From an uncultured delta proteobacterium (GTDB taxonomy: Bacteria > Desulfobacterota > RBG-13-43-22), in assembly GCA_963711835.1 (NCBI GenBank), contig CAVQFQ010000005.1, forward strand, positions 192,001 through 256,000: a stretch of 64,000 nt of DNA. The letters are read 5' to 3'. The position numbers were made by a program, and so were the translations under genes. A model generated the notes under the pieces. The model saw only the letters and a list, made by a program, of their open reading frames with translations. It had not been told where the DNA came from and searched no databases. Positions 7,801 to 16,755 of this stretch are shown in pieces; the first letter of the stretch is position 1; the number at the start of each line of letters is the position of its first letter.

Positions 7801-10515
7801 ATGGCTGCTCCAAGAAAATCTCTTTTCGCCGTCCTGATCAGCGTCTTCATCCTCTTTATTCTCGGTTCCAGTCTTCTGGGGTTTTACACCGAGTGGCTCT
7901 GGTTCAAATCCCTGGGCTATACCTCGATCTTTCTCCGGATTATCAACTATAAATTTCTCCTGGGGCTAAGCATCGGGGCCATCTCCGCCCTTCTGTTCTA
8001 CCTCAACGGCCGTCTGGTATTCCGTTTGGCCCATAACCCTTCTCCGGTAAACCCGTCCGCTTTACCTTTCAATATCCCCGTCTGGCTGGAAGAGCGGCTG
8101 ATACGCTTCCTGAAACCGGCCGCCATTCTTATCGGGATCTTCCTGGGAATGGGAGCCGCCGGGCAATGGGAAAATGGTCAGCTTTTGCTGAATGCCCGTC
8201 CCCTGGGCAGTTTTGATCCGGTTTTTCAGAGGGATCTGTCTTTTTATTTATTTCAATATCCATTCCTGGAATATCTGAGCGGCTGGTTCGGGGGCCTCTG
8301 GTTCATTACCCTGATTTCAGCCCTGGCCATCATCGTCTTCCGCTTCCAGTTTCAGGTCGGCAACCGCGGAATTTCCCTTGCGCCCTGGGTTAAAAAATAC
8401 CTTTTCTTTTATTTCGGGATTCTCTTTCTCTACCTTTCCGTCTATTTCTATTTGTCCCGTTTCGGCCTGCTCTTTACCTCTCGCGGGCTGGTCTTCGGCC
8501 CCGGTTATGTGGATCAGAACTATCTCCTGCCGGCCCTTTTGGCAATGATGGTTATCTCCCTCCTGACCGGGGTCCTTTTCCTGGTCTATGCCTTTAAGCC
8601 GGAGGGGCGCTGGATTTACGGGGTCCTGGCTGTTTTTATCGCTTCCTATGTAATCGGCATTTATCTCCTGCCCGGTTTTGTCCAGCGCTTTGTGGTTACC
8701 CCGAATGAAATTCAAATGGAAACCCCTTACTTAACCCGCTACATTCAGGGAACGCTCAAAGGCTATGGGCTCAACCGGGTGGAAGAGCGGCAGCTTTCGG
8801 CCCAAACCTCCTTAACCCCGGAACTGATAAATGCCAACAGCCTGACGATTAAGAATATCCGCCTCTGGGACCACCACCCCTTGCTGGAAACTTTCAGCCA
8901 GATCCAGGAAATTCGAACCTATTATAAATTCCAGGCCGTAGATAACGACCGCTATTTCATCAACAATGAATACCGCCAGGTTCTCCTTTCCCCTCGGGAG
9001 CTCTCCTATGCCGATTTGCCCAGCAAGGGCTGGATCAATGAACATCTGATTTATACCCATGGCTATGGCCTGACCCTGGGCGTGGTCAATCAGGTGACTC
9101 CTGAAGGACTGCCGGCCCTCCTGATCCAGGATATTCCCCCGGTCTCCAAAACGAATCTCCAGGTAACCCAGCCTGAGATCTATTTCGGCGAGATTGAAAA
9201 CGATTATATCATCGTCAACAGCCGTCAAAAGGAATTCAATTACCCCTCCGGTGATAAAAATGTTTTTTCCAGTTATCAAGGCCAGGGCGGCATACCCCTC
9301 CGAGGCCTCCTTAACCGAGCCCTCTGGTCCATGCGTTTCGGGACCCTGAAATTTCTGCTTTCCTCGGACATTACGCCTCAAAGCCGGATCCTTTTCAACC
9401 GTTCCGTTGTCACCCGGCTCCAGAAACTGGTCCCTTTCCTTCAGGTGGACCGGGACCCTTATATGGTTATCTCCAACGGCAAGCTCTACTGGATCCTGGA
9501 GGCCTACACCCAGTCTTCAACCTACCCCTATTCGCGTCCCATAAAAAAATTAGGCAATTATGTCCGCAATTCCGTGACGGCGGTGATCGATGCCTATGAA
9601 GGTTCGGTTCAAGTGTATATCAAGGATGACCAGGACCCCCTGGTCCAAATCTACGCCCGGATTTTCCCAAATCTCTTTAAACCCTTAACCGCCCTGAGTC
9701 CGGATTTAAAAAGCCACCTGCGTTACCCCCACTATTTGTTTCAAATTCAGGCCAATATCTACGCCACCTACCACATGAATAACCCTCAAACCTTCTACAA
9801 TCGAGAGGATATCTGGGAGATTCCGGCCAACCTACAATCCGCCAAAACGGATATGGAACCGTATTACACCATCATGCGTCTTCCGGGTGAAAAGAAGGAA
9901 GAATTCATCCTGATGATCCCCTTCACTCCCCAGAAAAAGGATAACCTGGCGGCCTGGATGTCGGTTAAGTGCGACTTTCCCGATTTCGGCAAATTCGTGG
10001 TTTACCGCTTTCCCAAACAGCGCTTAGTTTACGGACCGAAACAGATTGGATCGCGCATCAATCAGGAACCGGAAATTTCACGTCAGCTTTCGCTTTGGGA
10101 TCAGCGGGGTTCCCGGGTCAACTTAGGCACGCTTCTGGTCATCCCCATTGAGGAATCTCTTATCTATGTGCAGCCCGTTTATCTCAAAGCCGAGAGCGGG
10201 CAGATCCCGGAACTGAAGCGGGTTATCGTAGCCTATGAAAATCAGATTGCCATGGAAGAGACGCTGGAGAAATCCCTGGCCAGGGTCTTCGGCCAGGAAA
10301 TAAAAAAAGCCCGGGAGGAAAAACCTCCGGGGATTGCGCCATTGCCTGATAAAGCCGGCAAACCCCAGGCCCTCCACCAGCCTCTGGGCGATCAGGCCTG
10401 GGATCAGTATCAAAAGGCCCGGAAGGCCCTAAAAGAAGAAAATTGGACAGCCTATGGACAGGCTCTCAGGGACATGGAGCAGACGTTAAAACAGATCAAG
10501 GAAGGGAAGAAATAA
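7801..10515 (+). CDS. UPF0182 family membrane protein
   Basis: YTEWLWFKSLGY, DPVFQRDLSFY, NIRLWD, WINEHLIYTHGYG, PEIYFGE, NYVRNSV, HLRYP, IYVQPVYLKAE..IPELKRVIV. Confidence 0.95.
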   Translation: MAAPRKSLFAVLISVFILFILGSSLLGFYTEWLWFKSLGYTSIFLRIINYKFLLGLSIGAISALLFYLNGRLVFRLAHNPSPVNPSALPFNIPVWLEERLIRFLKPAAILIGIFLGMGAAGQWENGQLLLNARPLGSFDPVFQRDLSFYLFQYPFLEYLSGWFGGLWFITLISALAIIVFRFQFQVGNRGISLAPWVKKYLFFYFGILFLYLSVYFYLSRFGLLFTSRGLVFGPGYVDQNYLLPALLAMMVISLLTGVLFLVYAFKPEGRWIYGVLAVFIASYVIGIYLLPGFVQRFVVTPNEIQMETPYLTRYIQGTLKGYGLNRVEERQLSAQTSLTPELINANSLTIKNIRLWDHHPLLETFSQIQEIRTYYKFQAVDNDRYFINNEYRQVLLSPRELSYADLPSKGWINEHLIYTHGYGLTLGVVNQVTPEGLPALLIQDIPPVSKTNLQVTQPEIYFGEIENDYIIVNSRQKEFNYPSGDKNVFSSYQGQGGIPLRGLLNRALWSMRFGTLKFLLSSDITPQSRILFNRSVVTRLQKLVPFLQVDRDPYMVISNGKLYWILEAYTQSSTYPYSRPIKKLGNYVRNSVTAVIDAYEGSVQVYIKDDQDPLVQIYARIFPNLFKPLTALSPDLKSHLRYPHYLFQIQANIYATYHMNNPQTFYNREDIWEIPANLQSAKTDMEPYYTIMRLPGEKKEEFILMIPFTPQKKDNLAAWMSVKCDFPDFGKFVVYRFPKQRLVYGPKQIGSRINQEPEISRQLSLWDQRGSRVNLGTLLVIPIEESLIYVQPVYLKAESGQIPELKRVIVAYENQIAMEETLEKSLARVFGQEIKKAREEKPPGIAPLPDKAGKPQALHQPLGDQAWDQYQKARKALKEENWTAYGQALRDMEQTLKQIKEGKK

Positions 10516-10516
10516 A

Positions 10517-10609
10517 AATCATCTCCAAAGCAATTGGAGATGATTCAGGGGTCAAGGGGTCGAGGATTCGAGGGTTCAAGGGAAATGCTTAAGAACTAAA
10601 AAGAGTTGA
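10517..10609 (+). repeat. Hairpin + 8-mer repeats + 5' stub of four-helix-bundle (IVP-like) gene, copy 1
   Basis: AATCATCTCCAA/TTGGAGATGATT hairpin, GATTCGAG/GGTTCAAG-type repeats, ATG CTT AAG AAC TAA AAA GAG TTG (MLKN*KEL); matches 20925-21060. Confidence 0.75.
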
Positions 10610-10620
10610 CCGATAAAACC

Positions 10621-10686
10621 CGTTTAGAATTTTAGTATTTGGATTTTGAATTTGTTTCGGATTTCGATATTCGGATTTCGGGTTTC
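10621..10686. repeat. Degenerate 7-mer tandem repeat (TTCGGAT-like)
   Basis: tttggattttgaatttgtttcggatttcgatattcggatttcgggtttc. Confidence 0.7.
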
Positions 10687-10708
10687 TAAAAAGCATCCAG
10701 CATCAGCA

Positions 10709-11581
10709 TTAGGTGATCAGCAGCTCTTCCGGTTGCTCCTGCATTTTCTCCACCAGCACCCGGCGGATACGGCGGTTATCCGCATCCTGAATGGTCATCT
10801 CGAGATCCTGGAAATAGATCTTCTCCCCTGTTTTGGGGACCCTCCCCAGGAGATGAATAATGAGGCCCCCGACTGATTCGAAATCCTTTTCTTCAATCTC
10901 CAGGTTGAAATAGGTTTCCAATTCTTCGATTTCCAGGCGGGCATCCACTTCCACCCGCCCCTCCCCCAGGGCCTTCAAACGCGGTTCACGGCGATCGTAT
11001 TCGTCTTCAATCTCACCGATAATCTCTTCAATGATGTCCTCCATCGTCACCAGGCCGGCGGTACCGCCGTATTCATCGAGGACCACGGCCATATGGACTT
11101 TTTCGGCTTTTAATTCTTTGAAGAGCTGAACGATCTTCTTGGTTTCGGGTACGAAGGTAGGAGGACGAATGATCTCAGCCGGGATGGGCTGTTCGGGTGG
11201 CAAATTCCAATAGGGCAATAAATCCTTGACATGGAGAAGCCCGACGATGTTGTCCTGATTCTCCCGGTAAATTGGGAGACGGGAGTGTCCGTGTTCCATC
11301 GTCAAATGGATAACGGCCTGAATGGTCACCTCGTCGCTGACCGAGAGCATCTCGGTTCGGGGGACCATGACTTCCCTGACCACCGTATCCTTGAATTCAA
11401 AAATACTGTGGATCATTTCCCCTTGTTCGGGGGTCAGCAGCCCCTGTTCTTCTCCCTGGTCGATAAGTTCCTGGATGTCTTTCTCCAACAGGGACTCCGG
11501 GGTCGGTTCGGACTTCTTCCGGAACAGGGAACGAACCTGGTCAATAAGGCCGGGAGGATGATCTTCTGAGTTTGTACTCAT
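10709..11581 (-). CDS. CorC/HlyC-family CBS-pair + transporter-associated domain protein
   Basis: [61 protein letters not shown]. Confidence 0.93.
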   Translation of the reverse strand: MSTNSEDHPPGLIDQVRSLFRKKSEPTPESLLEKDIQELIDQGEEQGLLTPEQGEMIHSIFEFKDTVVREVMVPRTEMLSVSDEVTIQAVIHLTMEHGHSRLPIYRENQDNIVGLLHVKDLLPYWNLPPEQPIPAEIIRPPTFVPETKKIVQLFKELKAEKVHMAVVLDEYGGTAGLVTMEDIIEEIIGEIEDEYDRREPRLKALGEGRVEVDARLEIEELETYFNLEIEEKDFESVGGLIIHLLGRVPKTGEKIYFQDLEMTIQDADNRRIRRVLVEKMQEQPEELLIT

Positions 11582-11665
11582 AACGTGACGTTTTCATAGC
11601 AGTTTTTTTTGGCTTTGTCAATTTATTTGAATTTGTCCCAATGTTACGTGATTTTTAAGCTATTC

Positions 11666-11899
11666 ATTCTTAAAGGGCTTCAGGGGTCTTGATTTCAAGG
11701 TTGTCCGAAAGGGAATCCATAGCCCCAACCCGGCCCCACTTTCTAAGTTGGTTGGGAGCCGGGCATCACCCAAGACAATAAATCGCTTTGGTGTTGGCCT
11801 GTTTCTAAACCCCATTATAAACTTCCTGCCCGGGATCAGGCTGCCGGCATTTTGGCGGACAATCCTTGAAATCAAGACCCCTGAAACCCTTTTGAGAAT
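11666..11899 (+). repeat. Rod-like palindromic element, copy A
   Basis: Arms 11666-11707 and 11856-11899 are near-perfect inverted repeats; core shared with 22701-22929 and 59175-59387. Confidence 0.88.
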
Positions 11900-12022
11900 C
11901 ACCTAACTTTGGGACAATCCCATTTTTTTGATAAGGGAAGATCGGCTGGAATTGATGTTTTTCCGAAAGCTTGCTATGATGAGAACACATCCGGAAACAA
12001 TCTTTTGCGGAGGTGCTCGGGA

Positions 12023-12412
12023 ATGCTGATCAAAGATAATGCCCAGGCGAACTATTTCATGGCCCTGGATAAAACCCTCCTGTGTGAATTGCTCCATCCG
12101 GAACGGGAACCGGGAAACCTCAAAATGGGCTACAGTCTGGCCCAGGCCGTTCTAAAACCCGGCCGGTCTTCCCTGCCCCACAAACTTAAAACCGCTTCGG
12201 AGGTCTATTATATTCTGGAAGGAGAAGGGCTTCTGGTCATTGGGGAGGAATCCGAAAGGGTCCGGCCCGGACAGGCTATTTATATTCCCCCTGATTCCGT
12301 TCAGTTTCTCCGGAATACCGGGGAGCAGGATCTGAAATTCCTTTGCCTGGTTTTCCCCCCCTGGCGCATTGAAGAAGAAGAATTATGTCAGGGCTGCTCT
12401 GAAGAGCCTTGA
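12023..12412 (+). CDS. Cupin domain protein
   Basis: YSLAQAVLKPGRSSLPHKLKTASEVYYILEGEG...PGQAIYIPP...NTGEQDLKFLC; GGAGGT SD before ATG 12023. Confidence 0.88.
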   Translation: MLIKDNAQANYFMALDKTLLCELLHPEREPGNLKMGYSLAQAVLKPGRSSLPHKLKTASEVYYILEGEGLLVIGEESERVRPGQAIYIPPDSVQFLRNTGEQDLKFLCLVFPPWRIEEEELCQGCSEEP

Positions 12413-12417
12413 AGTCC

Positions 12418-12574
12418 TTAACAGGTTGCTGAAAAAGGCCCATTAGGGTGTTGCCTTCATACCTCGTCATTGCGACGTACCTCTATGTACGCCTCATTCC
12501 TCGAGATTTCGGGCGCCTTGTATCTGGACCTTTTTGAGCAACCTGTAAAAATGAATTTTTCCGCATCCTGTTAA
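12418..12574. mobile_element. MITE with IS5/IS1182-like ends and a duplicated right end
   Basis: Left TTAACAGGTTGCTGAAAAAGGCCCA pairs with TGGACCTTTTTGAGCAACCTGT (ends 12546) and with TTTTTCCGCATCCTGTTAA (ends 12574); internal GCGACGTAC..GTACGCC hairpin; no transposase. Confidence 0.75.
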
Positions 12575-12591
12575 GAAACCAACCAAACATC

Positions 12592-13149
12592 ATGGCCAAA
12601 GTCGTTTCTCTGGAATCCGTAAAAAAACAAAAGGCGGCCCGACGGGGTTTTCGGGAATGGAGACGCCGCTTTCAACAGCTCCCGACGCTGGATGAGCAGA
12701 CCCGCTGGGCCGATCTTCCCGATGCCTTGATCCTTTTTCTGGCCGAGGACAGTCCCGAAAGCCGGCCCATCGTCCACGACCTGCTGACGGGGGTCATGGG
12801 CCTTGGCAGCGGCTACGAATTCGAGTCCCTGCCCTCGGAAAAATTGCTGCCTCTGATGGATGCCTATTTCGTGGTTATCGACCAAGTCCGCTTTGAATGT
12901 ATGCGGCGTTTAGGATGGATTCAGGAAATTCTTCTGCCAGACCAATCGATTACCGAAACCATACGGAATTATGAGCAGGTTTTGCCGGCGGCCTTGCTCC
13001 AAAGTCCCACCCTGACTCCTCTCCATCCTGCCTATTCCGAATATCCGGATAAAACGGAGCTCGAACAGCGGGTTTTACTTAGAAAATACATTCCCGAAGC
13101 CGTAAAAAAATTCGGCGAGAAGATCAAGGAGGCAGGAAATAAACCCTAA
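12592..13149 (+). CDS. Hypothetical protein
   Basis: 185 aa ORF with host-like codon usage; motif DQVRFECMRRLGW; no family recognised. Confidence 0.7.
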   Translation: MAKVVSLESVKKQKAARRGFREWRRRFQQLPTLDEQTRWADLPDALILFLAEDSPESRPIVHDLLTGVMGLGSGYEFESLPSEKLLPLMDAYFVVIDQVRFECMRRLGWIQEILLPDQSITETIRNYEQVLPAALLQSPTLTPLHPAYSEYPDKTELEQRVLLRKYIPEAVKKFGEKIKEAGNKP

Positions 13150-13287
13150 ATAAATGAAACCGGATTTTTCCTTTACTTTTTTTGAGCATCGGAATATATA
13201 AAAAGATTATCGTTAATTTTCTGGCAAATGGTGTTGATCAGGGTTCTTATCCCTTTTCCCCTATTTGTCAGGGAGAAAGGGATTAGA

Positions 13288-15135
13288 ATGAAACTTGAAA
13301 CCCCCAACCGCCTTCTTTTTATTGAACCCCGTTCCCCGGTAGAACATGTGTTCAGCCGGGCCCGCATCCCCCGCTTAGGCACCATCCTTCTGGGAACCCT
13401 GCTCCGCAACCAAGGGCATGAGGTCCGGGTCATCATTGAAGACATTTCGGGAACCCCCGGGGCGGCCGACTTGGACTGGGCCGATACGGTTTGCATATCG
13501 TCCATCACCAGCACCATTCCCAGGGCCTATCAGTTCGGAGATTCGGCCCGTGAAAAAGGAAAACGGGTCGTTTACGGCGGCCCCCATGTGACTTTCCTGC
13601 CGGAGGAAGCCCTGGCCCACGGTGACTTTGTGGTTCGGGGAGAAGGGGAAGAAACCCTTAGCGAACTTTTGAAAACCTGGCAGCAAGAAGAGGACTTGGA
13701 AAAAATTGCCGGCCTGTCATTTAATCGGGAAGGACAGGCCGTACACAACCAACCCCGGCCTCTGATTCAAGATCTGGATTCTCTACCCCATCCTGATTTT
13801 ACCCTGGTTCGGGGCTGGGATCCCCGCCGGGCCGTCATGCCGCTGGCTACGTCCAGGGGATGTCCTTACTCCTGTAAATTTTGCTCCGTCGTTCCCATGT
13901 TCGGCCGCGGTTATCGCACCCGGTCCATTGATCTGGTTTTGGAGGAAGTGGCGGCCCATGCGGGCGTAGTGGATCACATCTTTATTTGTGATGATAATTT
14001 TGCCGCCAACTTAAAAAGGGCCAAGGATCTTCTGCGGCGCATGAAAAATGAGGACCTCCATCCTCAATGGAGCACCCAGGTCCGGGCTGAGTCGGCCTTC
14101 GATCCTGAATTCCTGGAACTTTTAAAAGAAACCAATTGCTGGGGAGTTTATATCGGCTTCGAGAGTTCGAATCCGGAAGTCCTGAAAGCCTATCGAAAAA
14201 ACCAGGATGAAGCCTCCATGAAACGGGCCATTGAGGCCTTTCACGGCTCCGGTATTCACATCCACGGCATGTTTATAATCGGGGCCGACCAGGATACTCC
14301 GGAAACGATCCGGGAAACCGTTCGCTTTTCCCTGGCCAACCGGGTGGACTCGGCCCAATTTATGATGCTCACGCCTCTACCGGGTACGGAAACTTTCCAG
14401 GAAATGGAGAAAGAAAACCGCCTGCTCACCAAGAACTGGGAGCTTTATGACGGATCCCACGTGGTCTTTCGACCGCATTCCATGACCGAAGAGGAATTGC
14501 AGGGGGCCTGTTATCAGGCTTACCTGACTTTCTATTCCTGGGGATCGATTTTAAAACGCCTGGTGCATTTGGATCTCTATTACAGTTACCTTCGCTTCTA
14601 CGGAAGGCGATTGCTTAAAAGGGCCGGTGATCGGATGAATCGCCATCGCCGTTGGCTGGCGGAGAATTTTCGCAATCAGGTCGAGAGACAACTGGGTTCG
14701 TTCTGGGAATTCCGGGGGATCCGCAAGGTGGCTCTCTTCCAGGGCAATGCCACGGAAGTCTATCAGGAGTTCCTGGCCTGCTTTTTAACCCGGCTGGGCG
14801 TGGAAGTGGTTGCTGAAAAAGATCCCTCGGAATTTTTTAAACACCTGCGACAAAAAGCGGAGGTCGCTGTCGTCCCCTGGCTCCGATATGTCCAGGAAAC
14901 GGAAAAACGTCTTTACCCGGCCTTGGAGAACCTGCTGGCCGGTCTGAAGGAAAAACTCCCGGAGGGACTTCCCCCGATCGAATGGGTGATCGACCTCAAA
15001 AAGGAATCGCTCTATCGCTCCTGTGTCCGCTATGGACTTCTTTTCTCAAACAACCTTAAAAAAATTCGCCGGGCCTATCAGGAGGCTTCCCGACTGATTA
15101 CTCCGCCGCCCTGCCCGGAGCCGGTCCGCCGATAG
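13288..15135 (+). CDS. B12-binding radical SAM protein with C-terminal extension
   Basis: VVYGGPHVTFLPEEAL..DFVVRGEGE (B12 domain), TSRGCPYSCKFC (CxxxCxxC), IGFES, LTPLPGT. Confidence 0.92.
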   Translation: MKLETPNRLLFIEPRSPVEHVFSRARIPRLGTILLGTLLRNQGHEVRVIIEDISGTPGAADLDWADTVCISSITSTIPRAYQFGDSAREKGKRVVYGGPHVTFLPEEALAHGDFVVRGEGEETLSELLKTWQQEEDLEKIAGLSFNREGQAVHNQPRPLIQDLDSLPHPDFTLVRGWDPRRAVMPLATSRGCPYSCKFCSVVPMFGRGYRTRSIDLVLEEVAAHAGVVDHIFICDDNFAANLKRAKDLLRRMKNEDLHPQWSTQVRAESAFDPEFLELLKETNCWGVYIGFESSNPEVLKAYRKNQDEASMKRAIEAFHGSGIHIHGMFIIGADQDTPETIRETVRFSLANRVDSAQFMMLTPLPGTETFQEMEKENRLLTKNWELYDGSHVVFRPHSMTEEELQGACYQAYLTFYSWGSILKRLVHLDLYYSYLRFYGRRLLKRAGDRMNRHRRWLAENFRNQVERQLGSFWEFRGIRKVALFQGNATEVYQEFLACFLTRLGVEVVAEKDPSEFFKHLRQKAEVAVVPWLRYVQETEKRLYPALENLLAGLKEKLPEGLPPIEWVIDLKKESLYRSCVRYGLLFSNNLKKIRRAYQEASRLITPPPCPEPVRR

Positions 15136-15141
15136 CTTCCC

Positions 15142-15724
15142 TTGCCCTTACCTTTTCTCTCGTTAAGCCATGGGGAAATCCCCTTTGGTTTTTTCAATAT
15201 CGAAAGCGATCTAGTGCTGCTCAGCCGCGTTTTCTTTTTTGCGGCTGATTTTTGCCGGGCCGTAACCGGCCTTTCCAGCCAATCGACTCAACCGGATGGG
15301 GCCGTCGCCCTAACCGGATATCACCTGAATCCGGGAGATATCGGGGATCTGCACGGGGCTATCCAGGGTGTCCGGTTTACGGGTTTCATCGGAGAAGTTT
15401 ATCGGCTCTTTCCCTTTCCGGAAGATCTCAGGACACTTCAAACAAAACCCGGAGGGATACCGGACCAGAGAGAGAGTCGAAAGGATTGTCCAAGGCTATT
15501 CTCCGAAGAGGTCGATCTTTTTTGGCCTGGACCACGGCGGTCAATCCATTCGGATTGGGGATGTTCGGTTCGACCGAGAGGGATTCGAACGGCTTTTAGG
15601 GTATGTTTGGCTGGGTGGATATCCCCGCTGGCGAAATGGGATTAGACCAGCCTATGTGCAGGCCATGAAGGAAGCAGTTGAGCTGTCCGACAATCCTCTG
15701 CTGAAGGGGATGGTCTTTAAATAA
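15142..15724 (+). CDS. Hypothetical protein, frameshift near 15435
   Basis: LSHGEIPFGFFNIESD...IGDLHGAIQGVRFTGFIGEVYRLFPFP continues as FKQNPEG...YVWLGGYPRW in another frame. Confidence 0.7.
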
Positions 15725-15886
15725 CGGAATAAACCCTCCCTGGTAGCGCTAGGGGCGAAATGAGGTATCCAGCACCCCGTTCGGTTTGACAGAACTAAAA
15801 ACAGGTTTTAAAATAAGGATGGATTTGTATAAAGGATATCGGAAAACCTGTCCGGGGTGAACCACCCCAACCCAGGGAGGATGACT

Positions 15887-16489
15887 ATGGATCAAGAAAA
15901 TAGACCCGTTATTCTCATTATTGATGATGAGGAAATTATCCGCCAGGCCTGTCATAAGGTCTTAAGCCAGGAAGGATTCCAAGTCGAACTGGCCTCGGAT
16001 GGGATCGCCGGCATAAAAAAAGCCAGAGAGATACAACCCGACCTGGCTATCATAGATTTAAAAATGCCCGGCCTGCCCGGTCCGGAAGTTCTGGATGAGC
16101 TGACCAGGATCGATCCGTTTATGGCCAAGGCAGTCATTACCGGCTATGCCACCATCGATACGGCTGTTGACTGCATTCAGAGAGGTGCTTCCTATTTTTT
16201 GATGAAACCTTTTCTCCCCGACGAGCTGAAAACCATTACCAAAAAGGCCCTGGAAAAGAGGGAGAAACTGATCAAACAGGAATTCCAGCGGGATGATAAT
16301 AAAACGGGGCAGGTCCCCATTTCCACCATCATTTTCCAGGAAATGGCCTTCCCTTTAAAAGAGATGGAACAATTCTTCTCCCTACTGGAAACACGAGGCA
16401 TTATCGGCGGGGAGATGGTGGGACCTTTTTTGAGAGCCAAGGATCAACTCGATACCCTTAACAAGGTTATCCGGAAGTGGTTGACCTAA
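15887..16489 (+). CDS. Response-regulator receiver protein with short helical tail
   Basis: ILIIDDE, DLAIIDLKMPG, ITGYATID, KPF; GGAGG SD. Confidence 0.88.
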   Translation: MDQENRPVILIIDDEEIIRQACHKVLSQEGFQVELASDGIAGIKKAREIQPDLAIIDLKMPGLPGPEVLDELTRIDPFMAKAVITGYATIDTAVDCIQRGASYFLMKPFLPDELKTITKKALEKREKLIKQEFQRDDNKTGQVPISTIIFQEMAFPLKEMEQFFSLLETRGIIGGEMVGPFLRAKDQLDTLNKVIRKWLT

Positions 16490-16742
16490 CCTCGAAGTTG
16501 CATAAAAAATGATCAATAGAGGGTTTTTTCTAAATTAAAACGGTGTGTTCTAACGATTTCAGAGTTGGGACCAAAATTCACTCCAGGTGAGGTTTAACAT
16601 CCTAAATGGTTCGATCAATTTTTACCCTTCGGGAAAGTCTGGGAAGCAGTCCCGCCGCGGCGGATTGTCCAGGTCCCGCCCAGGCGGGATTCGCCCTGGA
16701 CGCCTCGGATCTGCAACTTCCGAAACTTTTGCAACATCGAGG
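16490..16742. mobile_element. Putative MITE/IS remnant with imperfect 16-bp terminal inverted repeats
   Basis: CCTCGAAGTTGCATAA at left vs TTTTGCAACATCGAGG at right; internal GC-rich hairpins (CCCGCC-CA-GGCGGG). Confidence 0.55.
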
Positions 16743-16755
16743 ATAACCTAAGCGG

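Noticed and set aside
10542-10686. CRISPR array
   Set aside because: Repeats are 7-8 nt degenerate units without unique spacers; no cas genes in the window
11666-11899. 6S RNA or retron msr-msd as identity of the rod element
   Set aside because: Three or more divergent copies in 64 kb is unlike 6S and no central bubble was evident; no reverse transcriptase is adjacent. Not excluded without an Rfam search
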